From a virus (taxonomy: Duplodnaviria; Caudoviricetes), in the IMG/VR virus record IMGVR_UViG_3300025018_000275, positions 1 through 39,569 of that record: 39,569 nucleotides of DNA. The stretch is one strand, 5' to 3'. A program made the position numbers and the translations under genes. This document shows positions 6,978 through 14,996 of the stretch, in pieces (within the stretch, counting starts at the first letter, position 1; each line of letters starts with the position of its first letter). The notes beneath the pieces were generated by a model. The model did not search any database and had not been told where the DNA came from. It saw nothing but the letters and a program-made list of their open reading frames with translations.

Positions 6978-7591
6978 ACGTGCGCCCGATCATGTTCAGA
7001 ACATCGATGGTGCAGGCCCTGATCGAAGGCCGGAAGACACAAACGCGAAGAATTGTGAAGCCGCAGCCGAACGATAAGCCACAAGAACCGGAATTTTTAT
7101 CGGCGTGTAGATACGGCCGCCCCGGCGACCTGCTGTGGGTCAGAGAGACGTTTTGTGAATCGCCCGACGGCCCAATCTATCGGGCATCGAAAGAAGAGGC
7201 CGGACAGCTAGAGCCCGCCGATCGAATCGTCTGGAAACCGTCCATTTTCATGCCGCGCGCCCTGAGCCGACTGACGCTTCGAATCACCGATGTTCGCGTG
7301 CAGCGGGTGCAGGATCTGAGCGCCAACGAAGTGTTTGCCGAGGGTGTGCAGATTCCGTGCGACGCCGACACCGGGCGACCGCTAATGCAAATATCTGGCA
7401 AGCACGCCCCATCGTCCTATTTGCCGAATCCGCCTTATCCGGGTGACATCCCCGAGCATGATTTTGTACTGGCGCACTGGGGCGCGTTGTGGGGCTCGGT
7501 AAACGGCCGGGACAAATGGAACGAAAATCCATGGCTCTGGGCGCTGACGTTCGAGGTCATCAGGGCGAACGTCGACGAGGTGTGCAAATGA
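6974..7591 (+). CDS. ASCH/PUA-like phage protein
   Basis: Motifs PIMF...MV.A...GRKTQTRR, G.PGD.LWVRETF, WKPSIFMPR..SR.TL.ITDVRVQR.QD, NPW.W..F. Confidence 0.8.
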   Translation: MNVRPIMFRTSMVQALIEGRKTQTRRIVKPQPNDKPQEPEFLSACRYGRPGDLLWVRETFCESPDGPIYRASKEEAGQLEPADRIVWKPSIFMPRALSRLTLRITDVRVQRVQDLSANEVFAEGVQIPCDADTGRPLMQISGKHAPSSYLPNPPYPGDIPEHDFVLAHWGALWGSVNGRDKWNENPWLWALTFEVIRANVDEVCK

Positions 7592-7872
7592 CCAAAGACA
7601 CGGAAATTCCGCCGGAGGTCCGGGCCTGGGCAAACGAAATAGCCACGATCATCGAGTCGGCGCTTCCGGAAGGCGCGCTGTTTCCACTGATCATCACGCT
7701 GCTTGCCCGTGCAGAAGGTGAAGGTCGAATGAACTACATCAGCAACGCTGACCGAGCCTACATGGCGTGCCTGCTCAGGGAAGTGGCTGCCAGGCTCGAA
7801 GGCCAGCCGGAAATGAGCGGAACCGTCGGACGGCTCCGGGCCATTCTGCTGCTGGCCCGCATTCTGGGATAA
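7588..7872 (+). CDS. Hypothetical protein
   Basis: ATGA overlap at 7588. R.NYISNA.R..M...L.E..AR.EG motif. Confidence 0.65.
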   Translation: MTKDTEIPPEVRAWANEIATIIESALPEGALFPLIITLLARAEGEGRMNYISNADRAYMACLLREVAARLEGQPEMSGTVGRLRAILLLARILG

Positions 7873-7953
7873 CCAGGCGCGCGCGGACATCTCCATCAAG
7901 GCAGAAAAGATCGCAAGAATCGGCGGCGACCCGATGGACGCGGTGCCGTGGCG

Positions 7954-8169
7954 ATGAAGACATTTACCGTGATTCTATCTGCGGTGCTGGTGTTCGTGAC
8001 GATGCTCCTGGTCGGCACCGTAGAGCGATTGGTGCGGACGGAGCGGCCGATCACCCTGGTTCACAAATGCGAGGGCGGTGTGACGATCATCGAGCCGCAG
8101 GACGACGGATCGATCCTGCTGACCGGAGAGCCGTTCTGGAACCGGAAGTTTGCGGGGGTCGGGCCGTGA
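7954..8169 (+). CDS. Small membrane/secreted protein
   Basis: Hydrophobic N-terminus MKTFTVILSAVLVFVTMLLVG. Confidence 0.5.
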   Translation: MKTFTVILSAVLVFVTMLLVGTVERLVRTERPITLVHKCEGGVTIIEPQDDGSILLTGEPFWNRKFAGVGP

Positions 8170-9005
8170 ACGACGTTACGCGCAAATACCCGCGTTTGGA
8201 GTTTGGCGTCGAGAGGCTGACGCCGGAACTGGCGAACGAGTACCTGTGCAAAAATCCGAGCAATCGGAAATTGTCAAAGGCCGCTGTCAGGCGATGGGCC
8301 GATGCGATGCGCGCCGGCCACTGGCAAGTCAACGGTGAATCGATCAAGTTCAACACCGCCGATGAACTGGTCGATGGCCAGCACCGGCTGAAAGCTGTTG
8401 TCGTTTCTGGCGTCACCATCGATTCGATCGTGATCCGCGGACTGGAAAAGACGGCATTCGAAACGCTCGACGCCGGCAAGGGACGAAGCGGCGGCGACTG
8501 CCTCTATATTCTCGATTACAAGAACCCCAATGCGCTGGCTGCCGCCGCCCGGATGCTCATCAAATACGAAACGCCATACTGGGGGAAAACGGCGGTCAGG
8601 CACATGGCAAAGCCAAGCAATAATGATCTGTTGGCCGCTGTCGAACGGCACCCGGGTTTGTCCCATTTCGGCAATAAATACATGCTGCGCCCGCAGTTCA
8701 CGTCACTGATCCCGCATAGCGTTGGAATGTTTTGCTATTACCTGGCGACCCGGGTCGACGAGGCGCGTGCGAAGGAATTCTTTGTGGCCCTGTCGTCCGG
8801 CGAAGGCCACGAGGTGCCGGTGCGCCTGCATGAAGTCCTCGAAGAACGGCGGCAGGAATACATCAAGCCGACCAGCGACGAGAAATGCGCCTGGGTGATC
8901 CAGGCATGGAACGCCTATTACAACGGCAAACCGCTGCGTCGCCTGTCGAGAATCGTCGAGACCGTGCCTCGCTTTCATCCTGATCCGGTGCCGGCAAAGG
9001 CATGA
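8166..9005 (+). CDS. ParB/Srx-like (DGQHR) N-terminal domain protein
   Basis: GTG start with GTGA overlap. NR.LS...V...A.AM..G.W..NGE.I.F...L.DGQHRL.AVV.SG. Confidence 0.8.
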   Translation: MNDVTRKYPRLEFGVERLTPELANEYLCKNPSNRKLSKAAVRRWADAMRAGHWQVNGESIKFNTADELVDGQHRLKAVVVSGVTIDSIVIRGLEKTAFETLDAGKGRSGGDCLYILDYKNPNALAAAARMLIKYETPYWGKTAVRHMAKPSNNDLLAAVERHPGLSHFGNKYMLRPQFTSLIPHSVGMFCYYLATRVDEARAKEFFVALSSGEGHEVPVRLHEVLEERRQEYIKPTSDEKCAWVIQAWNAYYNGKPLRRLSRIVETVPRFHPDPVPAKA

Positions 9006-9373
9006 CCGCAGGAAAACGCAAGCCCGCGCGGCGCAAGTACCGCAACCAGCCGACGAACATCGACGGCATCCGGTTCGACTCGAAACGCGAGGCAAAACGC
9101 TACGCCGAGCTGCTCACGCTGCAAAAAGCGCGCATGATCAGCGGCCTGAAGACACAGCCGAGATTCCCGATCGAGATCGGCGGCGTGATCGTCCGGCACG
9201 TCTCGCAGCGCGGAGCGACCGGCGTGCAGGTAGTCTACGTTGCCGATTTTCAATACCGGGATCTGGAAACCGGAAAAACCGTGATCGAGGACTCGAAAGG
9301 CGTCCGCACCGAGGGCTTCAAACTGAAAAAGGCCATGATGAACGCCATGGGCCTGGAGGTAATCGAGACATGA
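9002..9373 (+). CDS. DUF1064-like putative endonuclease
   Basis: KY.N...DGI.FDSK.EA.RY..L, Y.ADF.Y, EDSKG..T..F.LKK. Confidence 0.85.
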   Translation: MTAGKRKPARRKYRNQPTNIDGIRFDSKREAKRYAELLTLQKARMISGLKTQPRFPIEIGGVIVRHVSQRGATGVQVVYVADFQYRDLETGKTVIEDSKGVRTEGFKLKKAMMNAMGLEVIET

Positions 9374-9594
9374 GCGCAGACGACACAGAAGTGAAAAACA
9401 TCAAGAATCTCAACGACAAGGTGCTGCTCAAAGCCGGCCAGGACTGCGTCAAGGGCCGCATCATTCACGTCGGCATCGACTCGGGCGGGCCGATCTACCT
9501 GGTCGAATACGCCACCGTCGAGGGCCTGATTCTCGAACGCTGGACCAGACCGGCCGACCTGATCGACTTGGACGGACCACACGAGACATTCTAA
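9370..9594 (+). CDS. Hypothetical protein
   Basis: ATGA overlap with GGAGG upstream. Confidence 0.6.
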   Translation: MSADDTEVKNIKNLNDKVLLKAGQDCVKGRIIHVGIDSGGPIYLVEYATVEGLILERWTRPADLIDLDGPHETF

Positions 9595-9604
9595 AACCAG
9601 CGCC

Positions 9605-9778
9605 ATGCCCAGAGACGAACATCGCGGCTGCAGAAAGGTGCCGTACAAAACGCAGGCCAAGGCCCGCAAGGCGATCAAACGCGTGCACAGCCGCGCCGAG
9701 ACCGCCGTGTACTGGTGCCAGCCGTGCCAGGCGTATCACCTGACCAGCAGCCGGCCATGGGACCGGGAGACGAAATGA
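9605..9778 (+). CDS. 57-aa basic zinc-finger protein (absent from the ORF track)
   Basis: Translates to MPRDEHRGCRKVPYKTQAKARKAIKRVHSRAETAVYWCQPCQAYHLTSSRPWDRETK. C...CxxC...H ligands. Fills the gap and overlaps the next ATG (ATGA). Confidence 0.75.
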   Translation: MPRDEHRGCRKVPYKTQAKARKAIKRVHSRAETAVYWCQPCQAYHLTSSRPWDRETK

Positions 9779-10212
9779 AAAAAACAAATGTGATGTGTCC
9801 ATATTGCGCCAAGCCGGCGGTGTTGGCCGATAGTGCCGAGGTGTACCACGGCCGCAGCTACGGAATGATCTGGATCTGCAGGCCATGTGGCGCGTACGTC
9901 GGATGCCACAAAAACAGCAAGGATCATGCGCCAAAAGGGTCGCTGGCGAACGCAGAACTTCGGCCGCTACGGATCGCGGCACATGCTGCATTTGACCCTC
10001 TTTGGAAATCTGGAGATATGAAGCGAAAGGAGGCATACGCATGGCTCAAGGCCGCGCTGGATGTTGATTTCCCCATTCATATCGGCGAGAGCGATGTCGA
10101 CATGTGTCACCGAATCATTACCGCCTGTGCTAATCATCAGGACGTTCCACGTGAAACCATCCAGCGGTCGTCATTGACGGACCGACAGCCCAAGGACAGA
10201 ATCGATCGATGA
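9775..10212 (+). CDS. DUF3268-like zinc-finger protein
   Basis: CPYC...C..C.AYVGCH...P.G.LAN.ELR..R..AH..FDPLW...AY.WL...HIG. Confidence 0.85.
   Translation: MKKTNVMCPYCAKPAVLADSAEVYHGRSYGMIWICRPCGAYVGCHKNSKDHAPKGSLANAELRPLRIAAHAAFDPLWKSGDMKRKEAYAWLKAALDVDFPIHIGESDVDMCHRIITACANHQDVPRETIQRSSLTDRQPKDRIDR
10143..10158. promoter_or_regulatory. Chromosomal-type parS site
   Basis: cGTTCCACGTGAAACc versus consensus TGTTNCACGTGAAACA. The 14-bp core matches and only the outer positions differ. Confidence 0.6.
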
Positions 10213-11558
10213 AAAAGAAAACGACCGCCCGGAAAAAGCCGCTCCCACTGCCTGTCGACATGCCTGACGGCGTAACCAGGGAAGACGTCACGCTCGATCC
10301 GCTGACGCTGATCCCGTACATCAACAATGCCCGAAAACACACCGAGGAACAGGTGCTCGAAATCGCTGCATCGATCCGAGAATGGGGATTTACCAACCCC
10401 ATCCTGATCGACGAAAACAACGAGATGATCGCCGGCCACGGGCGCCAGCGCGCCGCCATCAAACTGCAGCTAACGGCCGTTCCATGTGTCCGCCTGGTCG
10501 GGCTTAATAAAACCCAGAAAAGGGCGCTGATCCTTGCAGATAACAGGATTGCCGAAAATGCGTCATGGGATGAAGACCTGCTCAAACTGGAGCTTGCCGA
10601 TCTCAATCTGAACGATTTCGATCTATCGCTGATCGGCTTCGGCCAGGATGAATTGGACCGGCTGCTGGCGCCGGAACCGGCGGATGAAGATCACGCCAAC
10701 TCAATACCGCAGCTGGAAGATGTCGCAATTACCCGTGCTGGAGATGTTTGGGTATTAGGCAGCCACAAAGTCATGTGCGGTGACTCATCGATCGCAGAAA
10801 ACTGGTCTATCGTCATGGCGGGCCTGCATGCGGCGCTGTTAATCACGAGTCCGCCGTATAACCAAAAACTGGACACATTCAAGCCGAGCGGGATGCAGAA
10901 GGAAAATCCAGCATGGGTGCAACGAATGGCGCAGAGCTATTCGGACTCGTTACCTGAAGAAGAATATCGCACAAAACAGATAGAACTAATGACGACGATT
11001 CGTGCATTCATGACTGACGATGCATCGCTGTTTTATAACCATAAAATCAGGTACCGAGACAAACAGATCATGCATCCAATTGAATTCGTATCGAAATTTC
11101 CTTACAGAATCAGGCAGGAAATCGTCTGGGCGCGGCCTGGATCGATCACTTTGAATGCAAGAATGTTCATGCCCAGGGACGAAAGAATTTATTGGCTGAC
11201 TTGCAGCGAGACATTCAAATTCAACGATTCCACGGATATCAAAAAGCTGTCATCAGTATGGGATATCGTGCCCAATGTAGACGTTAAGATCAGCGCACCA
11301 TTTCCGGTATCGTTGCCGACGCGATGTATTGATGCATGTTCCGTGGCTGGCGATATCGTTGTCGATCCTTTTTGCGGGAGCGGTACGACCCTGATCGCGG
11401 CAGAGTCGAAGCGTCGCCAGTGCATCGGCATGGAGGTCAACCCGCATTATGTCGACGTTATTATCAGACGCTGGCAGGATTTCACCGGCAATGAGGGTGT
11501 ATTGGAGGAAACCGGGCAGACGTTCGCCAGTGTCCGCGACGATCGGGCGAAGTCATGA
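10209..11558 (+). CDS. ParB-N domain fused to an amino-DNA methyltransferase (N4C/N6A, beta order)
   Basis: N-terminal NNARKH...GFTNPILID...IAGHGR...ADNRIAE. Catalytic TSPPY precedes SAM-binding DPFCGSGTT. Located just upstream of TerS. Confidence 0.9.
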   Translation: MKKKTTARKKPLPLPVDMPDGVTREDVTLDPLTLIPYINNARKHTEEQVLEIAASIREWGFTNPILIDENNEMIAGHGRQRAAIKLQLTAVPCVRLVGLNKTQKRALILADNRIAENASWDEDLLKLELADLNLNDFDLSLIGFGQDELDRLLAPEPADEDHANSIPQLEDVAITRAGDVWVLGSHKVMCGDSSIAENWSIVMAGLHAALLITSPPYNQKLDTFKPSGMQKENPAWVQRMAQSYSDSLPEEEYRTKQIELMTTIRAFMTDDASLFYNHKIRYRDKQIMHPIEFVSKFPYRIRQEIVWARPGSITLNARMFMPRDERIYWLTCSETFKFNDSTDIKKLSSVWDIVPNVDVKISAPFPVSLPTRCIDACSVAGDIVVDPFCGSGTTLIAAESKRRQCIGMEVNPHYVDVIIRRWQDFTGNEGVLEETGQTFASVRDDRAKS

Positions 11559-12013
11559 GCGAAGACGACACAGGCGTCAAGATCGGCCGGCCGACAAAAT
11601 ACTATCCGGAACTGTGCGACGAGCTGCCGCACATGTTCAAGGACGGAGAGTCGCTGGCCGAGGTGTGCGCCTACCGGCTCGGCGTCACCCAGAAAACCTT
11701 CCTCGAATGGGTGCATAAATACCCGGAGTTTGCAGAGGCATACGATGCTGCGCGCACGATATCGGAAGCCTGGTGGACCAAGTGCGGCCGGGCAATGACG
11801 CTCGGAAAACTGCCGGGCGCAATTCCAGCGTCATGGATATTCAACATGAAAAACCGCTTCGGATGGCGCGACAAGATCGATCATACTGTTCGTGACGGCA
11901 CCAACGCGCCGCGACTCATTGAAGGCGACATGACCGAGGCCGAGGCCGCCGAGGCGTATCGTGCCGAACTGCGCAACGACCCGATCGAGGGCGAGGCGAA
12001 GCGAATACACTGA
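11555..12013 (+). CDS. terS: Terminase small subunit
   Basis: GRPTKY, an HTH-like segment, WIFNMKNRFGWRDK. Directly upstream of TerL. Confidence 0.8.
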   Translation: MSEDDTGVKIGRPTKYYPELCDELPHMFKDGESLAEVCAYRLGVTQKTFLEWVHKYPEFAEAYDAARTISEAWWTKCGRAMTLGKLPGAIPASWIFNMKNRFGWRDKIDHTVRDGTNAPRLIEGDMTEAEAAEAYRAELRNDPIEGEAKRIH

Positions 12014-14652
12014 TGGCCGGCGGCGCACAGCTGCAGGAGTTGGCCGAAGAGTACATTTGGCCGCCTGAAACGGTGGATGAATTTGCCAGGCGACAGAGAT
12101 TGATCAGGCGCGTTCGAGCAGACACCGAAGGCCCTGCTAAGGCCCGCGCGTTCTACAAACACCATCCGGTCGAGTTCATTTGTGATTTTGCGATCACCTA
12201 CGATCCGCGCAACGTCGCACTCGGCCGCTCGCCGACGATGCCGTTCACGCTGTTTCCGATACAGGTTCTGCTCGTCGAGTGGCTGCACGAGCGCATCAAG
12301 ACCGAGCGGTCCGGACTCATCGAAAAATCCCGCGACATGGGCGCGACGTTTACCGCCTGCGCGTTTGCGGTCTGGCTGTGGCTTTTCTGGCCCGGCGCGT
12401 CGGTCGGGTTCGGATCGCGTAAGGAAATGCTGGTCGATACGAAGGGCGACCCAGACAGCATCTTCGAGAAAATCCGCATGATCATCGCCAATCTGCCGGA
12501 CTTCCTGTTGCCGGCCGGCCTGTCGCCACGTGATCATCTGACCTACATGAAATGCATCAACCCGGAAACCGGGTCGACCATCACCGGGGAGGCAGGCGAC
12601 AACATTGGCCGCGGCGGGCGCAAACTGATGTATTTCAAAGACGAGGCGCAGCCGCTCAGCGCCCGGGTGCTGACGCCGTCCGGCTGGACCCGCATGCGCG
12701 AGCTTCACGTCGGTGGCCAGGTGATCGGGCGCGACGGCAAAGCGCAGGCGATTACGCACATCAACGACTGCGACGGCGCCCAGGTCTATCGATTCCGGTT
12801 TAGCGACGGCTCGACCGTCGAGTGCAGCGAAAACCATTTGTGGAGCGTCGAGAAATCGTGGGGCAAAAAGAAACCGCTTACCCTGCGCGCGCACGAGATT
12901 GCCGAGACATTTGTCTACGACTCGCCGCTCGGACAACGGCAGTACCGATACAGGATCCCGGCATGCGCGCCGGTCGTGTTCGAGGCTGGCAAACGACCGC
13001 TGTCGCTCGATCCTTACGTCGTCGGAGTACTGCTCGGCGCCGGGACCGTCCACCGGGCGCCGACGTACCGGCCGACGTTCCTGGCAGCAGACCCGAGAAT
13101 CGCGGACCAGGTCGACATGCTGCTGCCGGAAGGCTGTCGATGCCGGGAAATGGCCCGGGATGGCCAGTACGAGATCGGGCCACCGCCCGGCTCGTCGACG
13201 GTCGGCAGGATCAGCGTGATCGGCAACGCGGTCGTGCGCTCCGGGATCGCCGGGCAGGCGGAGGATTCAAAATCAATCCCGCACCGCTACCTGACCGCGT
13301 CGAAAAACAAGCGCCTGGCACTGCTGCAAGGCCTGTCCGACGCTGTCAGCGGATGGTCGAGCGACGTCACGCAGTTCCGGTGCCGCTCGGTCCAGCTGGC
13401 CGAGGACGTTCGATTCCTGGTCGAGTCCCTGGGTGGAATCGCGACGATCAAGAAGCCGGCGGACCGACTGGCAAAGGCCGCCACGTTTATCGTCAAGATC
13501 ACGATGCCGACGTCTGGAAAGAAGCCGCTCTACCGGACGATCACTGGCGTGACCGCGATCGGGGTCCAGCCCGTCCGCTGCATAACGGTTGCCAACGACG
13601 ACGGCCTGTATCTGACCGACCACTGCGTCGCCACGCACAACAGCGCCCACTACGAGCGCCCGGAGCTCATCGAGGCGGCGCTGGCCGATAACACGAACGT
13701 GCAGATCGACATGAGCAGCGTCTGCGGCGCCGAGAATGTGTTTTTCCGCAAGCGCCACAGCGGCATGGTCGATCTGTTCATCATGGACTGGCGCGATCAC
13801 CCGGCCAAAACGCAGGAATGGCACGACCGGCGGTTTGCCGAGGCCGAGGCGGCGGGCCTGTCGCATATCTTTGCCCAGGAGGTCGACCGTGACTACACGG
13901 CGGCCGTCGAGGGCATCCTGATCCCCAGAAAGTACGTGGATGCCGCTGTCGACGCACACGAGCGGCTGGGGCTGGAAATCGTCGGGTCCGAGCGCGTCGG
14001 GTTCGACGTGGCCGATGAAGGCGGCGACACCAACGCGCTCGTGCGCACCAAGGGCATCCTCGTCCACCATGCGGACCAATGGGCCATGGGCGACCCGGCA
14101 CAATCGACCCTCCGGGTGTTCAACTACTGTATCGAGAACGGCATCGACCGGATGACCTACGACTCTGTCGGCGTCGGCGCCGGCGTCAAGGGCAAGGTGC
14201 GCGAGCTGCTGGCGATGGAGCAGTACCAGGACGTGAAACTGCAGGTCGAGCCGTTTTCGGCCGGAGGGAAGGTCTGGCAGCCAAAAAAGGAATTTGTCGA
14301 GGGCAAGCGCAACGAGGATATGTTTTCGAATATCAAGGCGCAGGTATGGTGGTGGCTGTTTCTGCGATTTCAGAAAACCTATCTGGCTGTGCACCACGGA
14401 AACGAATACCCGGCTGACGAGCTGATTTCGTTATCGTCGAAGATGCCGCTGCTCAACGAACTCAAGACCGAGCTTTCTCGGCCGAAACGGGATGAGGACG
14501 GTGCGGGCCGGATCAAGGTAGAATCCAAGCGCGACATGAAAAAGAGAAACGTATCTTCCCCGAACATCGCCGAGGCACTGGTCATGTGCTATGCGCCGGC
14601 TCAGGCGCGCCGTCGACAGGTTCGCGTCATGACGGTCGGGCCGCGAACATGA
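12013..14652 (+). CDS. terL: Terminase large subunit containing an intein (about 547 aa after splicing)
   Basis: Walker A-like EKSRDMGAT, GRGGR, Walker B MYFKDE|SAH split by the intein, nuclease GFDVADEGGD, C-terminal SPNIAEAL. Confidence 0.93.
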   Translation: MAGGAQLQELAEEYIWPPETVDEFARRQRLIRRVRADTEGPAKARAFYKHHPVEFICDFAITYDPRNVALGRSPTMPFTLFPIQVLLVEWLHERIKTERSGLIEKSRDMGATFTACAFAVWLWLFWPGASVGFGSRKEMLVDTKGDPDSIFEKIRMIIANLPDFLLPAGLSPRDHLTYMKCINPETGSTITGEAGDNIGRGGRKLMYFKDEAQPLSARVLTPSGWTRMRELHVGGQVIGRDGKAQAITHINDCDGAQVYRFRFSDGSTVECSENHLWSVEKSWGKKKPLTLRAHEIAETFVYDSPLGQRQYRYRIPACAPVVFEAGKRPLSLDPYVVGVLLGAGTVHRAPTYRPTFLAADPRIADQVDMLLPEGCRCREMARDGQYEIGPPPGSSTVGRISVIGNAVVRSGIAGQAEDSKSIPHRYLTASKNKRLALLQGLSDAVSGWSSDVTQFRCRSVQLAEDVRFLVESLGGIATIKKPADRLAKAATFIVKITMPTSGKKPLYRTITGVTAIGVQPVRCITVANDDGLYLTDHCVATHNSAHYERPELIEAALADNTNVQIDMSSVCGAENVFFRKRHSGMVDLFIMDWRDHPAKTQEWHDRRFAEAEAAGLSHIFAQEVDRDYTAAVEGILIPRKYVDAAVDAHERLGLEIVGSERVGFDVADEGGDTNALVRTKGILVHHADQWAMGDPAQSTLRVFNYCIENGIDRMTYDSVGVGAGVKGKVRELLAMEQYQDVKLQVEPFSAGGKVWQPKKEFVEGKRNEDMFSNIKAQVWWWLFLRFQKTYLAVHHGNEYPADELISLSSKMPLLNELKTELSRPKRDEDGAGRIKVESKRDMKKRNVSSPNIAEALVMCYAPAQARRRQVRVMTVGPRT
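12646..13641 (+). mobile_element. Class 3 intein (332 aa) with degenerate LAGLIDADG homing endonuclease
   Basis: Starts AQPLSARVLTPSGW. Block B CSENHLW, block F VRCITV, block G ATHN followed by Ser. HEN motifs VLLGAG and GLSDAVSG. Confidence 0.9.
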
Positions 14653-14981
14653 ACGACGTAGAAATCGCTGTTGCCAAGGACTACGACCTGCTGCTCTCGC
14701 GCGCCATTCTGGTCGTGACCGGCGCAGGCCTGTTGTCGGCCGGCGTCGTGGCGGCGCTGTCCGGGTATCGTGTCGCCGTGTTGGTCATGGCAATCGGTGC
14801 GGCCGTCGGGCTGGCATTTTCGTTGCTCTACCTGGCACTGGTCGGCATCAGTGTCGCGCCGACGATTCGCGCCGATACTGGCCATTCTGCTATTCTCCAT
14901 GCCCTGAAGATGGCCGCACAGCTGGCCGCGATGTTCGCGCTACTCGTCGAGATCATCGCCGCGGTATTTATCGTCGTCTGA
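14649..14981 (+). CDS. Membrane protein (about 3 TM segments)
   Basis: ATGA overlap with terL. Three long hydrophobic stretches. Confidence 0.65.
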   Translation: MNDVEIAVAKDYDLLLSRAILVVTGAGLLSAGVVAALSGYRVAVLVMAIGAAVGLAFSLLYLALVGISVAPTIRADTGHSAILHALKMAAQLAAMFALLVEIIAAVFIVV

Positions 14982-14996
14982 TTTTAGGGACAGCCC

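Noticed and set aside
7767-8165. ORF-track N-terminal extensions (also 1352, 18524, 37508, 36441)
   Set aside because: They overlap other credible genes. Downstream starts with an RBS or stop/start overlap fit better.
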